From NCBI GenBank assembly GCA_021413925.1, contig JAIOPL010000013.1, positions 77,888-141,887 of the forward strand: a DNA stretch of 64,000 nt. The letters run 5' to 3'. Positions 46,977 to 53,547 of this stretch are shown in pieces; positions within the stretch are counted from its first letter, which is position 1; each line of letters begins with the position of its first letter. The stretch is from Verrucomicrobiota bacterium (lineage in GTDB: Bacteria; Verrucomicrobiota; Verrucomicrobiia; Chthoniobacterales; UBA6821). The notes under the pieces are model-generated. The model was not told the origin of the DNA and ran no database searches. It saw only the letters and a list, made by a program, of their open reading frames with translations. Position numbers and translations under genes: made by a program.

Positions 46977-47393
46977 CTAAACTTCCGGAGCGAAGGGTTC
47001 CGGCCAGCCTTTGGGTAGGCGGAGAGGTTTCCCCTCCGGCATCTTCACGAAGGCTAGCGCTTGCTGGCACGTGATCAGCAGGGCCCCGTCGCGCGGGCGC
47101 TTGATCTCGAAGTGGCACCAGAAGCGGGCAGGGGTGGCCTCACCGAGGCGTCCGTGAACTTCGAGTTCGTCTCCTAGGATTGCGGGCCTCTTGTAGTCGA
47201 TCTCGGTGCGCACAACCACGGGGTAGACCGAGGTTCGGGCCATCCGCTCCCAATCCATGCCCAGCTTTACGGCGAGCAGTGTGCGAGCCGTCTCGATGAA
47301 GCGAAGGTAGGCAATGTTGTGGACGACTCCACCCGCATCCGTGTCGAAGAACATGACCTGAACGGGTGTGACGATGGAGGGGGGAGAAGACAT
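46977..47393 (-). CDS. Acyl-CoA thioesterase, 4HBT/YbgC family
   Basis: 138 aa. Hot-dog fold N-terminus VMFFDTDAGGVVHNIAYLRF. Confidence 0.8.
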   Translation of the reverse strand: MSSPPSIVTPVQVMFFDTDAGGVVHNIAYLRFIETARTLLAVKLGMDWERMARTSVYPVVVRTEIDYKRPAILGDELEVHGRLGEATPARFWCHFEIKRPRDGALLITCQQALAFVKMPEGKPLRLPKGWPEPFAPEV

Positions 47394-47401
47394 GGAAGGA
47401 T

Positions 47402-47425
47402 GAAACTGGAGACCTGAAACCTGAA
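47402..47425 (-). repeat. Degenerate heptad array (sense TTCAGGTTTCAGGTCTCCAGTTTC) in the thioesterase leader
   Basis: The + strand reads GAAACTG GAGACCTG AAACCTG AAG. The array is 8 nt from the start codon (47393). Confidence 0.75.
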
Positions 47426-47442
47426 GGCGTGTTAGCGGTTCC

Positions 47443-48132
47443 TTAGGCGAGTTGTTCCTGAAGATGGCCTTCCTTGAGGAAGAGCTGACGATCGCCGAGA
47501 GCGGCTAGAGCCGGATCATGGGTCACGGCGACAAAGGTCCGTCCATCCTGCCTCGCCAGCCCGAGAAGGAGCTCGATGATCCCGGCGCCCGTCACCGCAT
47601 CGAGGTTCCCCGTGGGCTCGTCGGCAAAGAGAATGCTGGGATCATTCACCAAGGCGCGGGCGATGGCCACACGCTGCTGCTCGCCGCCGCTGAGTTGCGA
47701 GGGGAGATGGTCGAGGCGTCCCGAAAGTCCTACCCGGTCGAGCAGGCTGCGGGCGTGAGCGTCGTTTTTTCTGCCGCCCAGCATCGAGGGAAGTAGTACG
47801 TTCTCTAGGGCAGTCAGTTCCGGCAGGAGAAAATAGGATTGGAAGACGAATCCCATGCGGCGGTTGCGCAGCAGGGCCTCACGATCGCCCTTGAGAGCAA
47901 AGAGCTGTTCGCCTTCGAACTCGACGCTTCCCTCCCTCGGATGCTCCAGACCAGCAAGGATATAGAGGAGCGTCGATTTGCCTGCACCGGATGCGCCGCG
48001 GAGAAAGACCACCTCTCCTTTGGCCACATCCAGATCGACCCCCTTGAGAACCTGAAGCTTAGCCTCTCCCAAATCGTAGGTTTGGCAAAGCCCTCGGGCC
48101 CGAAGGTGAATGATGGAGGAAGCAGTAGTCAT
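47443..48132 (-). CDS. ABC transporter ATP-binding protein (LolD/MacB-type)
   Basis: Trimmed to ATG 48132 (MTTASSIIHLRARGL). Walker A GASGAGKST, signature LSGGEQQRVAIARAL, Walker B ILFADEPTG. Confidence 0.88.
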   Translation of the reverse strand: MTTASSIIHLRARGLCQTYDLGEAKLQVLKGVDLDVAKGEVVFLRGASGAGKSTLLYILAGLEHPREGSVEFEGEQLFALKGDREALLRNRRMGFVFQSYFLLPELTALENVLLPSMLGGRKNDAHARSLLDRVGLSGRLDHLPSQLSGGEQQRVAIARALVNDPSILFADEPTGNLDAVTGAGIIELLLGLARQDGRTFVAVTHDPALAALGDRQLFLKEGHLQEQLA

Positions 48133-48136
48133 GAGA

Positions 48137-49003
48137 TCAATCCCCGAAGACAATCGCACGGGAGCCGTGAACCACGACGCGATCATCGACATGGAGGCGG
48201 ACACCACGGGCCAAGGCGAGTCGCTCGCAGTCGCGTCCGAGACGCCGCATGTCAGAGGGAGAGTGGAAGTGTTCGATCGGGATCATCTCCTGATGGATGA
48301 TCGGGCCGGCATCCAGCTCTTCGGTGGCGTAGTGGCAGGTGGCACCGATCAGCTTCACGCCGCGGTCGTAGGCACGCCGGTAGGGATCCGCTCCGGCAAA
48401 GGCGGGTAGCAGGGAGTGATGGATATTGATAACGTGGTTGTGATGCTCCTCGCAAAACCAAGCTGGGAGCACCTGCATATAGCGGCAGAGGACGGTCAGA
48501 TCCCCCGAGACATCACGGATGGCATCGCTGATCGTGCGGAAAGCCGTATCCCTGCCCGCCTCTTCTGAGGGAATCGGAACATGGAGAAACGGCAGCCCCT
48601 CCTTCTCTACCGAGGAGCGCAACGAATCATGGTTCGAGATCACCAGGGGCACTTCGATGTTCATTTCTTTGGAGCGCCAGCGCCAGATCAGGTCCGCCAA
48701 ACAGTGATCCTCCTTGCTGACCATCAGGACAGTCCTCACCGGCTTAGAACTGTCGCGGATGGAGCATCGCGCCTTGATCGACTCTACGATTGGAGCGAAG
48801 GCGGTGCGCACCGTTTCCAGCGTGACACCCTCCGGCACCTCGAAGGCAAAGCGGGCCAGGAACCAGTTATTGATCGTATCGGTGTACTGGTTCACCTCGA
48901 CGAAGTTTCCCCGTTGCTCGGCAACAAAACCGGTGATCTTTGCCAGTAGCCCCACCTGATCAGGGCAATCCAGCGTCATCAGCAGCGTGGTCGGAGAAGG
49001 CAT
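48137..49003 (-). CDS. purU: Formyltetrahydrofolate deformylase
   Basis: Trimmed to ATG 49003 (MPSPTTLLMTLDCPDQVGLLAKITGFV, the ACT domain). Formyltransferase core HHSLLPAFAGADPY. Confidence 0.9.
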   Translation of the reverse strand: MPSPTTLLMTLDCPDQVGLLAKITGFVAEQRGNFVEVNQYTDTINNWFLARFAFEVPEGVTLETVRTAFAPIVESIKARCSIRDSSKPVRTVLMVSKEDHCLADLIWRWRSKEMNIEVPLVISNHDSLRSSVEKEGLPFLHVPIPSEEAGRDTAFRTISDAIRDVSGDLTVLCRYMQVLPAWFCEEHHNHVINIHHSLLPAFAGADPYRRAYDRGVKLIGATCHYATEELDAGPIIHQEMIPIEHFHSPSDMRRLGRDCERLALARGVRLHVDDRVVVHGSRAIVFGD

Positions 49004-49015
49004 GGAGAGGAAAAT

Positions 49016-49043
49016 ATGAAGGATGAAGGATGAATTATGAAGG
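49016..49043 (-). repeat. Heptad array, sense (CCTTCAT)-type x4, in the purU leader
   Basis: The + strand reads ATGAAGG ATGAAGG ATGAATT ATGAAGG. The array is 12 nt from the purU start codon. Confidence 0.85.
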
Positions 49044-49054
49044 GTTTTCGGAAG

Positions 49055-49085
49055 CCCTCGACTCTCGACCTTCGTCGCTCGACGG
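49055..49085 (+). repeat. 7-8-nt array (CCTCGAC TCTCGAC CTTCGTCG CTCGACGG) in the leader of the GYF/Yip1 gene
   Basis: Read directly from the sequence. The array ends 14 nt before the ATG at 49100. Confidence 0.75.
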
Positions 49086-49099
49086 ATTAGCCTTTTGTC

Positions 49100-50017
49100 A
49101 TGTCCAACATCCACATTGCGCGCAACCACCAGTCCCTAGGCTCGTTCAGCGAAGAGGCCGTCAGGGAAGGAATTCATTCCGGACGCTTCTCGTCGGGTGA
49201 TCTTGCCTGGCGAGAGGGGATGGCTGAGTGGAAGCCGCTCGGCGAGATGGCCCCTCAATGGGGAATGGAGATTCCGGCTCCTTCGCTTGATACAGCAAGT
49301 CTGGGCGAGACACCCTTTGCTGCAATCCCTGTCGAGGGAAGAGGCCCTGCTTGGGAAGAGCGTGCATCGCTTGGTTTTTTCGCCGCCCTTTCCCAGACGA
49401 TCGGCGATGTGCTTTTACGCCCGACACAGACCTTCGCCTCCATGAAGCAGACGGGCGGGCTGGCCAATCCGCTCCTCTATTTCGTGCTGCTCAGTAGCGC
49501 CATGTTTGCCGTCTCCGCCTTCTACCAGATCGCGATCACAACCATGAATCCGGCACTCTTTGCCCCGAAGATCCCCCATGCTACAGGCCTGCCCACGGGA
49601 TCCTCCTTCTCGGTAGCACTGATAGGATCGGTGCTACTCTCCCCGGCGCTCTATGTCGTGAGCGCCTTCATTTCCTCGGGAATCACCCATCTTTGCCTGA
49701 AGTTGCTGGGCGGTGCCAATCGGCCGTTCGAAACCACCTTCCGAGTCATCTGCTACGCGCAGGCCAGCGCGGCGGTGCTCAATATCATCCCGATCTGCGG
49801 TAGCCTGATCGGCGTGATTTGGGGCGCTTACGCAATTATCATCGGGCTCAAGGAAGCGCAGTACACGGAAGGTTGGAGGGCGACGCTCGCTATCACCCTG
49901 CCAGGTTTACTCTGCTGTGGACTCCTTCTCTTGCTGGGTACGGCAGCGGGATTCGGGATCGCCGAGTTAAGCCATCAGATGGGCGGCAGTATGCCGACGC
50001 TGCCTAAGCTTCCCTAA
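49100..50017 (+). CDS. GYF_2 (DUF4339) domain + Yip1-like polytopic membrane protein
   Basis: 305 aa. N-terminal IHIARNHQSLGSFSEEAVREGIHSGRFSSGDLAWREGMAEWKPLGEM (GYF_2 pattern) and a C-terminal 5-TM Yip1-like region. Confidence 0.65.
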   Translation: MSNIHIARNHQSLGSFSEEAVREGIHSGRFSSGDLAWREGMAEWKPLGEMAPQWGMEIPAPSLDTASLGETPFAAIPVEGRGPAWEERASLGFFAALSQTIGDVLLRPTQTFASMKQTGGLANPLLYFVLLSSAMFAVSAFYQIAITTMNPALFAPKIPHATGLPTGSSFSVALIGSVLLSPALYVVSAFISSGITHLCLKLLGGANRPFETTFRVICYAQASAAVLNIIPICGSLIGVIWGAYAIIIGLKEAQYTEGWRATLAITLPGLLCCGLLLLLGTAAGFGIAELSHQMGGSMPTLPKLP

Positions 50018-50028
50018 TTCATAAGTCC

Positions 50029-50460
50029 TTGCTGGTTCCCCGATTCTTCTGGCGGCCGCTCTTTCCGGGGGAGCATGATCCGGAGCTGACTTGGGGTTTG
50101 GTTATCGCACTCGGTGGCATCCTGGCCATCGGCTGGCTTATCAGCGGACTCCCCACGCCGCTATGTCCGCTCCATATGCTGACAGGTCTCCCCTGCCCCA
50201 CCTGCGGCATGACCCGGGGGCTTAGCTGTCTACTTCACGGCAATCTCAAGGGGGCCATGCTGTTCAATCCACTCCTGACGGCTCTCGTTTTTGGAATAAC
50301 TCTCTATCTCCTTTATTGCGTGGTGGTTGTCTCTGCAGGACTGCCGCGTCTGCGGTGGGAGCCACTCTCTAAAAAGACCGCGCTTGCTGTGCGAGTCGGC
50401 GTGGTGGCACTGATAGCGGGGAACTGGATCTACCTGATCATCAGGGAATGGGCCCTCTAA
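50029..50460 (+). CDS. DUF2752-like membrane protein
   Basis: 143 codons from a TTG (start uncertain). Signature CPLHMLTGLPCPTCGMTRG followed by 2-3 TM segments. Confidence 0.55.
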   Translation: MLVPRFFWRPLFPGEHDPELTWGLVIALGGILAIGWLISGLPTPLCPLHMLTGLPCPTCGMTRGLSCLLHGNLKGAMLFNPLLTALVFGITLYLLYCVVVVSAGLPRLRWEPLSKKTALAVRVGVVALIAGNWIYLIIREWAL

Positions 50461-51230
50461 TTGAATCTGATGGGAGCAGACACCTCCTCCTGAAGTGCGC
50501 AGAAGAGGTTGATTGCACTCGGACCCAGCATTCGGTTCATGGCGCCGAGAGCCAGCTCTTCGCTGTTACAGTCACGGCTGAGGTGACCGAGCAGGAGATG
50601 ACCTAGGCCATCATGACGGATCCCCGAGACGGTTTCCGCCGCCGCGGTGTTCGAGAGATGGCCGTGGCGGGACTGGATCCGTTGCTTGATCGACCAGGGG
50701 CGCTTCGTGTCTTTTTCGAGGAGTTGCTCATCGTAGTTAGCCTCGATCAGGAGACCATCCACCCCGCGTAGCGATTCAGTAACGAGCGTCGTTGCATGAC
50801 CAAGGTCCGTGAGGAACCCAAAGGAGTGGGTCCGTTCTCGGATCACGAAGCCGACCGGCTCCACCGCATCGTGCGGTATGAGAAAAGAACGCACGGTTGT
50901 GCCCTCCAAGTCGAACTCGGCACCGCTTTCAAAGATCTTCCATCCGTTGAAATCGAGGACTTTGTCCCGGAGAACCGCCGCCGTCTGGCGGTTGCAATAG
51001 ATCGGGGTGGCATGCTTCTTGGACCACTGGGCGAGTCCCTTGGTGTGGTCGCCGTGCTCGTGGGTCACTAGGATCGCGCAGAGGTCGCGCGGTTCCACGC
51101 CGCAAGAGCTTAAACGGAGAGTCAGCTCCTTGGTGCTCAGGCCCGCATCAACCAGGAAGGAGGCCGTTTCGGTCCGAACCAGTGCGGCGTTGCCATTGCT
51201 GCCGCTGGCCAGAATCGTGATCTCGAGCAT
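50457..51230 (-). CDS. MBL-fold metallo-hydrolase
   Basis: Trimmed to ATG 51230 (MLEITILASGSNGNAALV). HxHxDH motif THEHGDHTKGL. Confidence 0.8.
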   Translation of the reverse strand: MLEITILASGSNGNAALVRTETASFLVDAGLSTKELTLRLSSCGVEPRDLCAILVTHEHGDHTKGLAQWSKKHATPIYCNRQTAAVLRDKVLDFNGWKIFESGAEFDLEGTTVRSFLIPHDAVEPVGFVIRERTHSFGFLTDLGHATTLVTESLRGVDGLLIEANYDEQLLEKDTKRPWSIKQRIQSRHGHLSNTAAAETVSGIRHDGLGHLLLGHLSRDCNSEELALGAMNRMLGPSAINLFCALQEEVSAPIRFN

Positions 51231-51262
51231 GGGATGAGAATGAATCCGACGGGGCGTACTCG

Positions 51263-52270
51263 CTAGGACTTTTGACTGAGATCTAGAAAAGCGGCAGCGA
51301 CTTCCTCCACGGAGATATCCGTCACTTCGCGACTGGGCGGATGCAGGACCACATACGGCACCTTCCAGGGGCCCCAATGTTCTGGATCGGAATCGCCGAA
51401 GAGGCAGACCATCGGTTTGCCAAGAGCGGCGGCCAGATGCATGGCGCCGCCATCGCTACAGACCATGGAGTCGCAGAGGGAGAGAGCCGCAATCAGGTCT
51501 TCCAGCCGTTCCGTGGGAACGGGATGCAGTGGTAGGCCCGCCGTGGAGGTCAACACGTCACGGGCCTTCTCATCGTCGCCGGGGTGGAGAGGGTTGTCGG
51601 CTGATCCGGGAGACCAGAGCAGGAGAAATTTGGCATCCAGTTTCTCATGCAGCATGCGGGCCAGTTCGGCAAATCGCTCGGCAGGCCACCGCTGGGAAAT
51701 CTTTCGCGAGCTGAGATGCAAGGCGATTACGGGGCCAGAATGCCGGTTCCACTCCCGGGGCAACGAGTGCTTGAGCTTTGTCACCCGGGCTTTGTCCGGG
51801 GTCAGGCGAGCCTCCGGTGCTGCGAACTCCAACCCCATACGGACAAGCTGGTGGCAGCATTGCTCGACATGGTGTTCGCCGCCCACCGCATCCTCCGCGT
51901 CGCGGACCAGAATCTTCTTGGCACCGATCCATCTGGCGAAACGGAGCGAGCTGCGTTGAGGGCCGCCCGGCAGGAGAATCCAGTCGAAGCGTTGCTTGCG
52001 AAGTTTCCAGATGGTCTTGAGACGGCTCCAGAAGATGCCGATGCGGCTCTCGCCATGCTCCAGATGCTTCGCCTTCGTGTAGGAGAAGAGCGCGTCAATA
52101 TCAGGATTCCCTGCCATCACGGCCAAATTATATTTTGTCACGAGTGCGGCGATGTAGGCCGTCGGAAGCTGTGCTCTGAGGGCACGGATCAGTGGGGTCG
52201 TGCAGACCAAGTCCCCGATATTGTCCCGGCGGATGATCAGGATGCGCGGTGATTTTTCTGGGGAGTCCAT
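51263..52270 (-). CDS. Glycosyltransferase family 9 (heptosyltransferase-like), paralog 2
   Basis: 335 aa with an ATG start. ILIIRRDNIGDLVCTTPLIRALRAQLP and MVCSDGGAMHLAAALGKPMVCLFG. Collinear with 26543-27568. Confidence 0.85.
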   Translation of the reverse strand: MDSPEKSPRILIIRRDNIGDLVCTTPLIRALRAQLPTAYIAALVTKYNLAVMAGNPDIDALFSYTKAKHLEHGESRIGIFWSRLKTIWKLRKQRFDWILLPGGPQRSSLRFARWIGAKKILVRDAEDAVGGEHHVEQCCHQLVRMGLEFAAPEARLTPDKARVTKLKHSLPREWNRHSGPVIALHLSSRKISQRWPAERFAELARMLHEKLDAKFLLLWSPGSADNPLHPGDDEKARDVLTSTAGLPLHPVPTERLEDLIAALSLCDSMVCSDGGAMHLAAALGKPMVCLFGDSDPEHWGPWKVPYVVLHPPSREVTDISVEEVAAAFLDLSQKS

Positions 52271-52283
52271 GGTGAGGCAATCG

Positions 52284-52359
52284 TGGTGCGCCCGGCAGGA
52301 ATCGAACCTGCTACCAAGGGTTTAGAAAACCCCTGCTCTATCCGATGAGCTACGGGCGC
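52284..52359 (-). tRNA. tRNA-Arg (anticodon TCT), CCA encoded
   Basis: The reverse complement reads GCGCCCG TA GCTC ATCGGATA GAGC A GGGGT TTTCTAA ACCCT TGGTA GCAGG TTCGATT CCTGC CGGGCGC A CCA. The cloverleaf folds by hand, and the 7-nt loop places TCT at positions 34-36. Confidence 0.9.
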
Positions 52360-52365
52360 AAAGTC

Positions 52366-53355
52366 TCAGACCGCCGCAGGCATTCCCTGCTCCATGGGAG
52401 CTAGGTCGATGGCGCGAAGGAGGTCAAGATCTTCATTGGTTCCGGGGTTGGCCGCCGTCAAGAGTTTGTCACCGTAGAAAACGGAGTTCGCGCCGGCGAA
52501 GAAACAGAGGGCCTGGCCCTCCCGGGTGAGGCGGGTGCGTCCCGCAGAGAGTCGGATGCGGGCCTTGGGCAGCATGATGCGGGTGGTGGCGATCAGGCGC
52601 ACGAGCTCGAAGACATCAACAACAGGCTGATCCTCCAGCGGGGTGCCGGGCATCGACATGAGGCAGTTGATCGGCACGCTCTCGGGCGGGGGATTGAATC
52701 CGCAGAGGACCTCCAGCATCCGCAAGCGGTCACGCTCGGTCTCGCCCATCCCGATAATGCCACCGCAGCAGACGGCCATGCCGGCCTTCTGGACGGAGGA
52801 GATGGTGTTGAGCCGGTCGTCGAAGGTATGGCTGGTGACGATCTGCGGGTAGAATTCCGGAGAGGTGTCGATGTTGTGATTATAAGCGGTGACTCCCGCT
52901 TCCTTGAGCTGGCGAGCTTCCTCATCTCCCAGCTGACCGAGTGTGACACAGACCTCCATGCCGAGTTTGCTGACCTCGCGGACGGTCTCGAGCATCGACT
53001 CGAAGCGGCTGTCGCCTGACTTGACACCCTTCCAGGCGGCGCCCATGCAGAATCGGGTCGTGCCGCTTTCCCGTGCCTGTTTGGCTAGAGGCAGGATCTC
53101 GTCGCAGCCCATCAGCTTTCCGGCCTTCACACCGGTATTGTAGCGGGAGCTCTGGGCGCAGTAGGAACAATCCTCACTGCAGCCGCCGGTCTTCACGCTC
53201 AGCAGGGTGCAGAGCTGGACATTGTCCTCGTCCCAGTTCTGGAGCTGGACGGAGCGCGAGCGCTGGATCAGGTCGAAGAATGGGGAGCGGTAGATTTCCT
53301 CCAGCTGGGCAATGGAGACGGGGTGGGCGGGGGAGTGGTGGGTTTGAGTGCTCAC
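52366..53355 (-). CDS. bioB: Biotin synthase
   Basis: 329 aa with a GTG start. Radical-SAM cluster CSEDCSYCAQS and the full BioB pattern. Confidence 0.95.
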   Translation of the reverse strand: MSTQTHHSPAHPVSIAQLEEIYRSPFFDLIQRSRSVQLQNWDEDNVQLCTLLSVKTGGCSEDCSYCAQSSRYNTGVKAGKLMGCDEILPLAKQARESGTTRFCMGAAWKGVKSGDSRFESMLETVREVSKLGMEVCVTLGQLGDEEARQLKEAGVTAYNHNIDTSPEFYPQIVTSHTFDDRLNTISSVQKAGMAVCCGGIIGMGETERDRLRMLEVLCGFNPPPESVPINCLMSMPGTPLEDQPVVDVFELVRLIATTRIMLPKARIRLSAGRTRLTREGQALCFFAGANSVFYGDKLLTAANPGTNEDLDLLRAIDLAPMEQGMPAAV

Positions 53356-53547
53356 GATCCGGTCAGTTTAAGGGAGTAGGTGGAAGCGTTGAAGCGTAAA
53401 AAAGTCGAAAAGGTCCTCGGAGGTGTCTGCGGAAGAAAATCCTGAGGGAGCAACCGTTTTTTCAACACACCTTTTCACTACTCTTCTCCATGTCTGTCAC
53501 TTGCCAGCTGTAAGTGGGTAACCCGAGCCTTGTAAAAAGGGATCCCC

